Shown here: positions 1 to 9,689 of the stretch, piece after piece | How positions within the stretch are numbered: the first letter of the stretch is position 1 | How the letters are laid out: every line of letters starts with the position of its first letter | DNA from: Microcoleaceae cyanobacterium | Lineage (GTDB): Bacteria; Cyanobacteriota; Cyanobacteriia; Cyanobacteriales; Microcoleaceae | Direction of reading: 5' to 3' | DNA length: 64,000 nucleotides | Assembly: GCA_051652765.1 (NCBI GenBank) | Contig: JBOFUV010000101.1 | Location: 39,342-103,341 of the forward strand | Made by a program: the position numbers and the translations under genes | The notes under the pieces: generated by a model | The model's input: only the letters and a program-made list of their open reading frames with translations | The model's database searches: none | Told to the model about the DNA's origin: nothing

Positions 1-42
1 TCCCGAATCTACCCAAAAACCGCTGTAACTTTTATTCCTAAA

Positions 43-1764
43 TTGATGATGTTTTGTCGCTCCTTTACTCTGACTCGTCTGTCTCTAACTCAGTTACTCC
101 TGGGTCTTTCGCTTAGTGTGCTTCCAGGGTTGGTCGCAACTCTCCCCAGTGAAGCTGCCGAACGAATTTATGTTGTCTTCGGCCCTGCAAACCTATCCAT
201 TGGAATCGATAGCTTGGAAACCTTTGCTAGAGAGGGCATCATTAGTTCAGAACTTGAAGATTATATGAGGGTTGCTGGAGTAAATGCAGCCGAAGAGCGA
301 GAAGCCTTTCGAGCAGATCTGACCCGGCGTTCTGACTTTGATTTGACTGCGATGAATCGCTTTTTCAATACCTCGATTGGAGAGAGTATTCTCGAGCAAA
401 TTGGGATTGTCATCTCAACGCGGGATGGCAGAAACGGCAAAAATGCTTTAAGGGAAGCTCTGCTCACCGTATCCCAAGATCAGACTGAAGGACTAACATT
501 GCTCAATTTCTTGCGGTCTTTGCCCGATAGCATTCAGATTAATCTTGACCGGGCCCGTGAGAGGGCAGAATACGCTAGAGTTTTCATTGATGGAAATCGG
601 GTGGTGGTTGAGAAGATGGCAACACTTTCAGCCCAAGCCGCTCAAACAGCTACTTCAGTTGACTTTTCTGCTCTCCCTGATATCCGCAAGCCCGGAACCT
701 ATGGCGTTTCCCCTGTCCAAGTTTTACAGTTGACGGATGCAAAGCGCGATCGCACCTTTGATCTCTATCTCTACAAGCCTCAACGCTGGCGAGCGGGCAA
801 AACCCCGGTTGTCATTTTCTCCCATGGATTGTCTTCCAACCCTCAGGATTTCAACATACAGGCTGAACAGCTTGCTTCCTACGGTTATGTTGTGGCTGCC
901 CCTCAGCACATCGGGAGCGACTCTAGACAGCTTCAGGCCATGTTAGCAGGCAAATCCGAGGAACTCTATGACTTGAACGAGTTCATTGATCGTCCCCTAG
1001 ATATTAGCTATGTGATTGACGAGTTGGAACGGCGTAATCCAGAGGACTTTGAAGGAAGACTAGACTTACAAAAGGTCGGAGTGCTCGGTCACTCCTTTGG
1101 GGGCTACGCAGTATTTGCCTTGGCTGGGGCAACCCTTGATTTTGGGAACCTGGCGAGGGTCTGTGGGAGGGAAGTCCGAGGCTTGAATCTTTCCCTGATT
1201 TTGCAATGTCAGGCGTTGGACTTACCGCAACGGGCCTACAATTTTCGCGATCCACGAGTGAAGGCCGTCATTGCCACGAATCCGGTCAACAGCGCAGTGT
1301 TTGGCCCCCAAGGGCTGAGTCAAGTTAAGATTCCCGTGATGATCGGGGCAGGTAGCAAAGACCCAGCAACTCCAGCGGTAGTAGAGCAACTTCCAGCCTT
1401 TGTTTGGATCAACTCACCGGATAAATATATGGGTTTGGCCGTAGGGCAAGCCCATGTGAACTTTACAAACCTAGATGCTGGAAGTCTGGCCTTGATTGAA
1501 TCTTTTCCCCAGCTCGTCTTGCCTCAACAAAGCTTAATTGACCAGTATGCTTCTGCATTGGCCGTTGCCTTTTATGAAGTTCACCTGACTCAGAACGAGG
1601 ATTTCCGACCCTATCTCCAGTCTGCCTATGGCAACTACATTAGCCGCGAACCAAATGCCTTACATTTTGTGGACGGCTCAGCCGATGTATCCCTGAGCGA
1701 ACTGTTTAATCAACTCAAGCCGGACTTTGTGCAGCCCATTTCTCCCCGAAATCCCCGACCTTAA
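43..1764 (+). CDS. DUF1400-domain alpha/beta hydrolase (dienelactone hydrolase-like)
   Basis: Signal-like N-terminus followed by AAERIYVVFGP, typical of DUF1400; SHGL and GHSFGG nucleophile motifs. Start could be 46. Confidence 0.85.
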   Translation: MMMFCRSFTLTRLSLTQLLLGLSLSVLPGLVATLPSEAAERIYVVFGPANLSIGIDSLETFAREGIISSELEDYMRVAGVNAAEEREAFRADLTRRSDFDLTAMNRFFNTSIGESILEQIGIVISTRDGRNGKNALREALLTVSQDQTEGLTLLNFLRSLPDSIQINLDRARERAEYARVFIDGNRVVVEKMATLSAQAAQTATSVDFSALPDIRKPGTYGVSPVQVLQLTDAKRDRTFDLYLYKPQRWRAGKTPVVIFSHGLSSNPQDFNIQAEQLASYGYVVAAPQHIGSDSRQLQAMLAGKSEELYDLNEFIDRPLDISYVIDELERRNPEDFEGRLDLQKVGVLGHSFGGYAVFALAGATLDFGNLARVCGREVRGLNLSLILQCQALDLPQRAYNFRDPRVKAVIATNPVNSAVFGPQGLSQVKIPVMIGAGSKDPATPAVVEQLPAFVWINSPDKYMGLAVGQAHVNFTNLDAGSLALIESFPQLVLPQQSLIDQYASALAVAFYEVHLTQNEDFRPYLQSAYGNYISREPNALHFVDGSADVSLSELFNQLKPDFVQPISPRNPRP

Positions 1765-1799
1765 AATTCAGACCTGCTGCCGTGGCCAGTTCATTCTCT

Positions 1800-1832
1800 C
1801 AGCCCACTCAGTATAACGATCAAAGTGGGCTG
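1800..1832. terminator. Hairpin between convergent hydrolase and rplI genes, possible bidirectional terminator
   Basis: CAGCCCACT (1800-1808) pairs with AGTGGGCTG (1824-1832). Confidence 0.5.
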
Positions 1833-1882
1833 TAAAAGGTTGAGTCTGTTCAAAGCGTTATCTGCCAGAGTCTGGAGGTCAG

Positions 1883-2356
1883 TTACGCTGCATCACCTTT
1901 GAGGGGTACGACTTGGATTTCAACTTCTGCGGTCACTTCAGGATGGAGCTTGATTTGGGCTTTGAAGAAGCCCAATCGACCAATATCTGGCAGGGTAACG
2001 CCGCGCCGATCGATCTCTTGACCTGTAGCTTTCTGAATGGCCTCTACCAGTTCCCGATCGGTAACAGTTCCAAAAATGGCTTCGTTTTCCCCTTCTTGCT
2101 TAGCAATGGTAAAACGACCCACAGTCTCTAAAGCCGCCTTGCAAGTTTCTGCCTGCTGCTTCAGTTCAAGTAAACGTTGTCTCTCCTCTTCCCGACGACG
2201 CTCGACTTGCTTGAGAATGCCAGGAGTTGGGCGTACTGCAAAACTCTTTGGGAGTAAGTAGTTACGAGCATAGCCAGGAGCAACCTCAACTAGATCTCCC
2301 GACCGACCGAGCTTGCTAACATCTTGCATCAGAACAACTTGAACACGTTTTGGCAT
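1883..2356 (-). CDS. rplI: 50S ribosomal protein L9
   Basis: [24 protein letters not shown] and IFGTVT...KLHPEV motifs; start set at MPKRVQ. Confidence 0.97.
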   Translation of the reverse strand: MPKRVQVVLMQDVSKLGRSGDLVEVAPGYARNYLLPKSFAVRPTPGILKQVERRREEERQRLLELKQQAETCKAALETVGRFTIAKQEGENEAIFGTVTDRELVEAIQKATGQEIDRRGVTLPDIGRLGFFKAQIKLHPEVTAEVEIQVVPLKGDAA

Positions 2357-2876
2357 GATAGTTTCCAATATTCTTTAAAATCAAACATTCAATTGTAGCA
2401 AACTTTTGATCACAGACACAATGCCTTCCTTGGCTCAAGGGGGATAACTCGGCTACAATGCCTGCTCTATCAAGGATAGAGCTTTCAAGCTTTGTCAAAA
2501 ATAGAGTCATTTATGGGGTTCGAGTTCTATCAAAGTAAGGGGATGTTAACCCAAGAGCTATCTATAGCAATCCGGGTTCACACTTCAAGTCGATTGTCAT
2601 AGATCTATTCATCTAAAAATCGCCGTCAAAAATCACTCCGAAAATATACGGATCTCTTGGTTTAAGACAAAGAATTTTTCTAGTTATTTCTAACGAAACA
2701 GGAAAAAGTTTGTAGACCTTTTTTGGAGAATTCAACAGCTTTTTATCTTTTAGTTAAAGCCCACATAAAGTCCTGTAAAGACATCATAAGTCCGTGAAGC
2801 TACGGTAGTTTTCCTAGGAAGTAATTAGATAATATTTAGTTAACAGGTTAAGAGATGGAAACATCAAGGAAAAACT

Positions 2877-3962
2877 ATGAAAGCTCTCAACGCAAAAAAT
2901 ATTGCTGGTACCTTAGTTACAACAGCTTGCTTGATTTCTGGTCTAGGACAAGTTGCAAATGCTGCAGATTTCAAAACAGTTGGTTCAGACTGGAACATTG
3001 TGCGTGACTCCTTCAAAGATGGTACTGATGGAGCGATCGGTGGTGTTGGTAGTCCCAGCCTTTACGAAATCTTCGGGATTGCGGTCAAAGAGAACCAGGG
3101 TCGAGTTTCTGTGGCAATCAATGCCAATATTCCTCTGATTGGCAATCGTAACAGTCATGCTGCCGATGGCAATATTGGCTTTGGAGACTTGTTCTTGAAC
3201 TTCTCTGGCAAGAACTTCAAGGATGCCAGCGCCGCAGGAGAACTATTTGGAGTTCGCTTTGCTGGAACCAATGACTCTGAAGCCGGAAAAGTTGGGGTCT
3301 ATGGAAACGTTCAAGCCAAGAGTGTCATCCAGGCAAACAGCGGTTGGTCTAGCTTCAGCAGCTACCAAGGTTGGGTAGAAAGCGATAATAAAGACAAGAC
3401 TTCTGGTGCAACTGGAACCAAGAAAGGAGAAGTCGGATTCGGCGATTTGAATGCTACTGAAGCACGTACCTATCTGACTCAAGAAACCGTTACTAAGCAG
3501 GTGAAAAAGAAGATTCAAGTTCCTGAAACCTCTACTGTTAAGGTCAAGAGAAATGGTCAATGGGTTTGGGAAGAGCAAACCAAAATGGTTTCTAAAACTA
3601 TCTATGAAACTGTGGCAGAGCAGAAAATCAACGACGGTAACTACGGCATTCAGAACGTGATTGCGTCCGGAGACTTCCTGGGTAAAATTAAAATGCTCTC
3701 TGCAACTGACTTGCAAGGACTAGACTTCGGTACCACTGACACAACTCTCTTTGGCAAAGCTCAAACGTTCGGGTTTAGCTTTGACCAATCCCTGCTACCG
3801 GATGGAGATGCTCTGATCAGTTTATTGGCTGAGTGCGCTAACGATGGTGTTGCAATGGCCGCCAGCTTTGAAACCAAGGACGTGCCTGAGCCTACAACCG
3901 TTACTGGATTGGCATTTTTAGGATTGGCCTTAGTAGGTGGCAAGCTTCGTAAGAAAGCCTAA
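2877..3962 (+). CDS. PEP-CTERM sorting-domain surface protein (cyanoexosortase substrate, XDD3-like)
   Basis: Signal peptide ending ANA; C-terminal VPEPTTVTGLAFLGLALVGGKLRKKA; ECANDG motif before the sorting signal; AAGGA RBS. Confidence 0.88.
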   Translation: MKALNAKNIAGTLVTTACLISGLGQVANAADFKTVGSDWNIVRDSFKDGTDGAIGGVGSPSLYEIFGIAVKENQGRVSVAINANIPLIGNRNSHAADGNIGFGDLFLNFSGKNFKDASAAGELFGVRFAGTNDSEAGKVGVYGNVQAKSVIQANSGWSSFSSYQGWVESDNKDKTSGATGTKKGEVGFGDLNATEARTYLTQETVTKQVKKKIQVPETSTVKVKRNGQWVWEEQTKMVSKTIYETVAEQKINDGNYGIQNVIASGDFLGKIKMLSATDLQGLDFGTTDTTLFGKAQTFGFSFDQSLLPDGDALISLLAECANDGVAMAASFETKDVPEPTTVTGLAFLGLALVGGKLRKKA

Positions 3963-4062
3963 GTCAAAGGACTAGTACTCTGTCGCAGTAGTGTTGCAGG
4001 GTATTGGCCAAAGTTGCTTAGAAAGGGTTGCTTAGAAAAAGTTTCATGGTAATCCTGTAATC

Positions 4063-4093
4063 AAGGGGAGATGGTTAGTCATCTCCCCTTTTC
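4063..4093 (+). terminator. Rho-independent terminator after the PEP-CTERM gene
   Basis: 11-bp stem AAGGGGAGATG/CATCTCCCCTT whose 3' arm runs into a T-tract. Confidence 0.75.
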
Positions 4094-4450
4094 TGTTCTG
4101 AAGCTCTTGAAAATCAGAACTGAAACTGCTTATTGCTCGAGAACTAAGGCGTTCAAATTCATGGCTGGTGAGGCGATCGCTATGTTCTAGGGGAGGATGG
4201 TAACCTGAAGCCAAAGGGAACTTGACATGACTAACTCCTTCATAGAAAACATCAGGCCATCAGAAATTCAAGTTTACTGTATCCTGATTAACTAGAACGC
4301 AGGGGTAAGAGCTTAGGTTCGGATGGCTAGTAATCCGGTAAATCTTGACATGGGTTGCTGTTGATAAAGGTTCTATATGATAGAATTGCTTGACATTTGG
4401 AGAGTTTGACCAGGCAAATAAAACATTGTTATTCGCGCAGGATCATAGTA

Positions 4451-5608
4451 GTGAGTAAGTTTCAAGAAGGGAATCAGTTAGTCCGCAGTGGCAAGTTAGA
4501 AGAAGCAGTCGCTGCTTATCAGGAATCAATTCAACAGAATCCCAAGTTTTCATGGTCATATCATAATTTGGGAGAAGCTTTGTGGAAGTTAGATCGTACG
4601 CAAGAAGCACTCATAGCATATCGAAAAGCAATGGAGTTGAATCCGACTGCTAGTCGGTTCCACTATCATTTAGGTGAAATTTTAGAACGGCTTGGAAAGC
4701 AACAGGCAGCCACAGTTAGTTTAGATAGTGTTCAAAGTTGTCAGGTATCAGTAGATTTCTTAAATCGGCAAGAGACTTTTGAGAATATAGGTTCAGCATC
4801 CAAATCAGTGATTGAAACCAAACTAGAACTGGTAACACCTCATCATATTCAGACAAATAGTCATCGTTCAAAAGAGCATGAACCAACTGATATTAAACAG
4901 GAAGAATATCAGGCTACGAGGATACAGCAAGCAGAGCATTATTTTGAGCTGGGCAAACAGAAGGAAGGGCAAAAGAACTGGCAAGAAGCAGTCTCTTTAT
5001 ATCAGCAGGCAGTTGAATTAAATTCTGAAGCAGGCCATATTTATCATCACTTGGGATATGTATTATCTCAAATGAAAAGATGGTCAGAAGCAATTTACTT
5101 TTACCAAAAAGCATTAGAATTAAATCCGGACTCAGCTATGGTTTATCACCATCTTGGAGAAGCATTTGAATCTCAAGGCAAACTGAAGGAGGCCGTAAGT
5201 TGCTATTCGAAAATGGGTCAAATTAAGGCTGGAGAGTACAAAATTGGAGAAGCAATTGGTGCTTATCGTCGTGCGATAAAAATAGAGCCTGATGCTCACA
5301 TGTTGTACCACTATCTTGGAGATGCTTTGTTAATGGCAGGTCAGGAGAGACAAGCAGTGGAGGAGTATCGATATGCTATTGGGCTTAATTCAAACTTTCC
5401 TTATACCTACAATAATTTAGGAGATGCTCTTAGCAAGCTTGGACGGTTTGAGGAAGCAATTGCTTCTTACTACCATGGCATAGAGTTGGATCCAAATTAC
5501 TCTTGGGTTCATCATAATTTGGGAGATGCCTTAGCAAAAACAGGTCATATTAACGAGGCAAGCATTTCTTACCGTCGTGCTCTGCAGCTTAACCCTAAAA
5601 TTTCATAG
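4451..5608 (+). CDS. Stand-alone tetratricopeptide-repeat protein
   Basis: Multiple 34-aa TPR units (YHNLGEAL...A...Y.KA.ELNP) in two blocks. GTG start chosen; the ORF is open from 4397. Confidence 0.88.
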   Translation: MSKFQEGNQLVRSGKLEEAVAAYQESIQQNPKFSWSYHNLGEALWKLDRTQEALIAYRKAMELNPTASRFHYHLGEILERLGKQQAATVSLDSVQSCQVSVDFLNRQETFENIGSASKSVIETKLELVTPHHIQTNSHRSKEHEPTDIKQEEYQATRIQQAEHYFELGKQKEGQKNWQEAVSLYQQAVELNSEAGHIYHHLGYVLSQMKRWSEAIYFYQKALELNPDSAMVYHHLGEAFESQGKLKEAVSCYSKMGQIKAGEYKIGEAIGAYRRAIKIEPDAHMLYHYLGDALLMAGQERQAVEEYRYAIGLNSNFPYTYNNLGDALSKLGRFEEAIASYYHGIELDPNYSWVHHNLGDALAKTGHINEASISYRRALQLNPKIS

Positions 5609-5636
5609 GCTTGTTCCTGAAATAAGTAACATAGTT

Positions 5637-6401
5637 CTAGGAATTTACCTGGTCTCCTTCACCTGGATAGGTAGCGTTTATATAGTTTATATAGCTTTCT
5701 CTCCAGGAGTTAATTTGAGATGACATAGTTTCTTCATGGGGAGCTAAGTAAGATTTCATAAGTCTAAAAGGGCTTGATTCTTTTACAAAAGCCATATCCA
5801 CTTGCCACAAAGCACCATCTGAGGGACGCCACAGAAAATCAATGATGTCGTAAATAACAAAGCCTTGTGATCGCATAAAATCAATGACATCGTGAACTTG
5901 GATAAAGAAAGTTACCTCTATAACAACATACTCCGCTTGTTTAAGAACTTGCATTGCACCCGTTAAGACATCGACTTCATTACCATCCACATCTATCTTA
6001 ATCAGATATGGCCCCTGCAAACCTCGCTCTGCACACACCTGATCTAATGTGACTCCTTGTACAATCCTTAAACCCGAGTTATTAGTGGTTTCAGATATGT
6101 CACGAGTAGTTGAAAACACCAAGTCGCTACTATAGGCCAAACCAACTGACCCGGGTTGCTTTGTAGCAGCTCCAATAATGTATTCAGCATCTGTCAGGTT
6201 CTGACAGATTTTTGCTAAATGAGGGCCATTCTCTTCAATTGGTTCTATTAAAATATGTTTTGCATTTGGAAAGGTGTTATACAGTTCGAAAGTTCCAACA
6301 GCAGCACCTACATCAATCACAACCTTCGGATTAAATCCCAAATTCTTCACCTGATTCAGCGATCCCAACTTCGACAATCGAGATATCTGCTGTTCCGTCA
6401 T
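5637..6401 (-). CDS. FkbM-family SAM-dependent methyltransferase
   Basis: VIDVGAAVG, LIEP, LIKIDVDGNEVDVLTGA motifs. Confidence 0.9.
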   Translation of the reverse strand: MTEQQISRLSKLGSLNQVKNLGFNPKVVIDVGAAVGTFELYNTFPNAKHILIEPIEENGPHLAKICQNLTDAEYIIGAATKQPGSVGLAYSSDLVFSTTRDISETTNNSGLRIVQGVTLDQVCAERGLQGPYLIKIDVDGNEVDVLTGAMQVLKQAEYVVIEVTFFIQVHDVIDFMRSQGFVIYDIIDFLWRPSDGALWQVDMAFVKESSPFRLMKSYLAPHEETMSSQINSWRESYINYINATYPGEGDQVNS

Positions 6402-6460
6402 ATAAAACCTCTTTTAAATTTCAACTCATTCTTAACTCGTGTATTATAGCTAACTCTCTG

Positions 6461-8245
6461 TTACTTCACTAAACTTTCTGGAACCAATTTAGTTGTTTCT
6501 TCCAACTCCTCCTGAAGTTGTTGAGCAGTCTTTTTCCAAGCTTTATACTGATTGTTGAACCATTCTTTCTCATTCTGAACTTGTTGAAGCTTAGATTCTG
6601 TAGAGTGTAGGAATTTTAGAATTGCTTGCTGATCATAAGGTGTTCCATACCTAATAGGATTACAGGTTCGCTCCAAAGTTTTAATGAACTGAATACAAAT
6701 ACGAGAGAGCTTGCTTTTTAACTCATCTGGCTCGTTATCGAGCATTTCTTGAAATGAGAGAGAAAGCTTGGGCAAAAAGAATTCTGTAAAATGAATTCCC
6801 ATCTTTTTCCAAAGTTCATCACTATAGTTGGCAGGATGCTTAACATGATAAGCAACTGTTGGAGACAAGTATTTCAACTGGACACCTTGTTGTAGCATCA
6901 TACAAGGAACAAAATAATCCCACCAAGGCAAGCCCAAACAAAATTTAGAAGGAGGGAACAGATTCAAGAAATCTTTATTTAAGAAAAACACATCAAAACC
7001 GTGAATAAAAACTTCCCCATCTAAATGCTCCTGAGCATCAATATCAACTCTTGACCCAAAAACCATTGATTCTTTTGCATGGTCAAGAACAAACGACATA
7101 AAATTTCTATCTGCCTTAAGCTGAATATCCGAGTTGATAATGCCACAAATATCCGTACCATTTTCTCGCAGGTACTGGAAAACATCATCAACATAAACCA
7201 AAGGTCTGCCTGCTTCTTGTCTGGCATCTCGACTCACAGTATGAAATTCAATGCCCTTAATACCCTCATATAAAGGTTGTAATTGCTGAACTTCTTCATA
7301 GTTATTCAAAGATATAACTTTAAATCCCAGAGAGATCCAACTATCAATTGCTGCACTTTGTTTTTCAAAACCTTTAGGAGCAATACTTGTCACTAGAACA
7401 ATTTCATCAATTAAGCCAAGCCTCTGTCTTGTCTCTATAATCTCGTGGTTAGTAAAAGTTATCGGCTGCGGAGCGGGGATATGATGAGCTTGACTGACAT
7501 AGCTGGTTTGTTCAATCTCTTGATTGATCGCAAGCTCAACTTCATTCATATACTGATCAAAGAACAATTTGGAACGTTGTTCATCGTAGGAACGAAACCC
7601 ACCAATTAAGTCATCAACAACGAAAAGCTGTGCATGACGAGAGAACCGCAACCAAAGTTCAAAGTCAGCAGCCAACTTCAAGTTTTCCGAAAGTTTTCCT
7701 CCCACTTTGTTCCAGAGAGAACGCTTCCAGAATGTACTTTCTTGCTGTATAAACCATCTTTTTGCAAAAGTTTTTTCGATCAGGTACTGTCGTGACCAGT
7801 GAGGAACCCCTTCCGCCACCATTTCTAGCCGCCCTGCTCGGTTCCAAGTTGTAGCTTTGCCCGTTACCCACTCTATTGTCTCTCCGCTTTCAAGAGCAGT
7901 GAGAACTTTAAGAAAAGCATCAGGATGATACTTATCGTCAGAATTCAACCAGGCCATGATTTCACCTGTTGTCCTGCTGAATCCTGTATTTAATGCAATG
8001 TAGTGACCCCCGTCAAGTTGACTCTGCCAATAAGTAAGATATTTCTCATATCTCTTGATGATTAGAACAGAGATATCACTGCTGCCCCCATCCATAATAA
8101 TGTACTCCAAGTTAGGATACCCTTGGGAAAGGATAGAATCAATGCATTCCTCAAGAAACTCGCCTTGGTTGAATGAGGGAGTAACGATCGAAATTTTTGG
8201 GCAGGGCCTTTGAACTATAACGGTTAAGGGACGTGGATCTGTCAT
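6461..8245 (-). CDS. Two-domain glycosyltransferase (GT2 plus second GT-A-like domain) with coiled-coil tail
   Basis: KISIVTPSFNQG...DGGSSD...WLNSDD; second domain has INSDI and GLPWWDY; helical C-terminal tail. Confidence 0.85.
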   Translation of the reverse strand: MTDPRPLTVIVQRPCPKISIVTPSFNQGEFLEECIDSILSQGYPNLEYIIMDGGSSDISVLIIKRYEKYLTYWQSQLDGGHYIALNTGFSRTTGEIMAWLNSDDKYHPDAFLKVLTALESGETIEWVTGKATTWNRAGRLEMVAEGVPHWSRQYLIEKTFAKRWFIQQESTFWKRSLWNKVGGKLSENLKLAADFELWLRFSRHAQLFVVDDLIGGFRSYDEQRSKLFFDQYMNEVELAINQEIEQTSYVSQAHHIPAPQPITFTNHEIIETRQRLGLIDEIVLVTSIAPKGFEKQSAAIDSWISLGFKVISLNNYEEVQQLQPLYEGIKGIEFHTVSRDARQEAGRPLVYVDDVFQYLRENGTDICGIINSDIQLKADRNFMSFVLDHAKESMVFGSRVDIDAQEHLDGEVFIHGFDVFFLNKDFLNLFPPSKFCLGLPWWDYFVPCMMLQQGVQLKYLSPTVAYHVKHPANYSDELWKKMGIHFTEFFLPKLSLSFQEMLDNEPDELKSKLSRICIQFIKTLERTCNPIRYGTPYDQQAILKFLHSTESKLQQVQNEKEWFNNQYKAWKKTAQQLQEELEETTKLVPESLVK

Positions 8246-8429
8246 TGACTAATGTATGGTGCTCAGAGAAATTTCTATACAACGAGTTAACAGTTTAATA
8301 TACAATAATTCCAATATGCGACATGGTTATTCATGTAAAAGTTAGAGGTGACTAGAACGGATAGTAGAAGCCAGGGTTACTAATGTCAAGCGTAGCTGTA
8401 TTTTTGCTGAGTCAGCAAAAAGCGCCTAT

Positions 8430-9689
8430 ATGCATTTTTCGGAGTTCAGTATTTTTTACAAGATTCTAACAATGTTCGCTTCGGCTCCACAATATCAACT
8501 TAATCAGTCTTTATTCAAGAGTACTGATGTTTTTTTGGTATCCTATCCTCGGTCAGGCAATACATGGGTAAGACTCTTACTGAGCGATGTTCTTCTACAA
8601 TTGCATGGTGTAGAAACACGAACCGGAGGTAACATCATCCCTGACCCTTACAAACAGAATGTCGAATCCTGGGATAAGGACAACCGAATTCAGCTTCCTT
8701 TTCGGATTATAAAGTCCCATGAACCCTACACAAGTTTTTACAAAAAAGTTATTTATATATTCCGAAATCCGCTGGATTGCCTTGTCTCATTATACTACTA
8801 TCATCTCAGATATGATTGGTTTAGAGAAGAGATGCTTGAGTTAGATAAATTTTGCATTGACAGAGTTGGTAGTTGGTGTCAGCATGTCAATATTTACATG
8901 GAAGCAAAAGAAAGGGATCCCAGTGATATCATCTTTGTTTCTTATGAAAAATTGCACTCAAGCCCTATAGAAGTTGTACGGTTTATTGTTGAGCTTTTGG
9001 GCTGGCAAGATCCTGGTGAGGTATGTCAACGAGCAGTGAATAATCAAACATTTGGAAAAGTTAAGCAGTTGTCGAAGCTAGAAGATTCAAAGCAAATGGG
9101 ATTTTGGGAAGATGAAGGCTATCAAAACTTTTTTCGTAAGGGGAAAGTCGATAGTTCCTATCAGGAATTATCCACAGATGTGATTAGAAATCTGGAAGCT
9201 CAAGCTTTAGGAACTTATAGGAAAGCAAAGAGTTTTGAGCCTGTTTTTTCGAGGGACTTTTTAGGGGAAGTTCTCTATAAAAAAGTGCTTCGAGGACAGC
9301 AAAATCATGTTAGTGCCTCTGCAATCTACTTAGAAACTGCCAAAAAACTTCAACGAGAGGGTAAATTTGCAGACTCAATCAATAGATACAACAAGGCCAT
9401 AGAACTTAATCCTTCAGCTTGGGCATACAATGGCTTAGGAGAAAGTTTAGTAAAGTTAGGACATTGGCCTGAAGCAATTAACGCCTATTGTCAAGCAATC
9501 AGCCTCAATCCTAAAACTGCCTCATTTCATTACAAACTAGCTGAGATTCTGAGTCAACAAGGGAGCAAGCACGAGGCCCTTACTCATTATCAATGCGCCG
9601 TAGAACTTAGCCCAAAGCATAGCTTGTTTCGTCGAAAACTAGAGAATGCTCGTCTTGCAACATTATCTATCAGTGCCAATGAAACTTGA
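8430..9689 (+). CDS. PAPS-dependent sulfotransferase with C-terminal TPRs
   Basis: DVFLVSYPRSGNTW (5'-PSB loop), KSH, FRNPLDCLVS (3'-PB), FFRKGKV; three TPRs at the end. Start may be 8472. Confidence 0.9.
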   Translation: MHFSEFSIFYKILTMFASAPQYQLNQSLFKSTDVFLVSYPRSGNTWVRLLLSDVLLQLHGVETRTGGNIIPDPYKQNVESWDKDNRIQLPFRIIKSHEPYTSFYKKVIYIFRNPLDCLVSLYYYHLRYDWFREEMLELDKFCIDRVGSWCQHVNIYMEAKERDPSDIIFVSYEKLHSSPIEVVRFIVELLGWQDPGEVCQRAVNNQTFGKVKQLSKLEDSKQMGFWEDEGYQNFFRKGKVDSSYQELSTDVIRNLEAQALGTYRKAKSFEPVFSRDFLGEVLYKKVLRGQQNHVSASAIYLETAKKLQREGKFADSINRYNKAIELNPSAWAYNGLGESLVKLGHWPEAINAYCQAISLNPKTASFHYKLAEILSQQGSKHEALTHYQCAVELSPKHSLFRRKLENARLATLSISANET

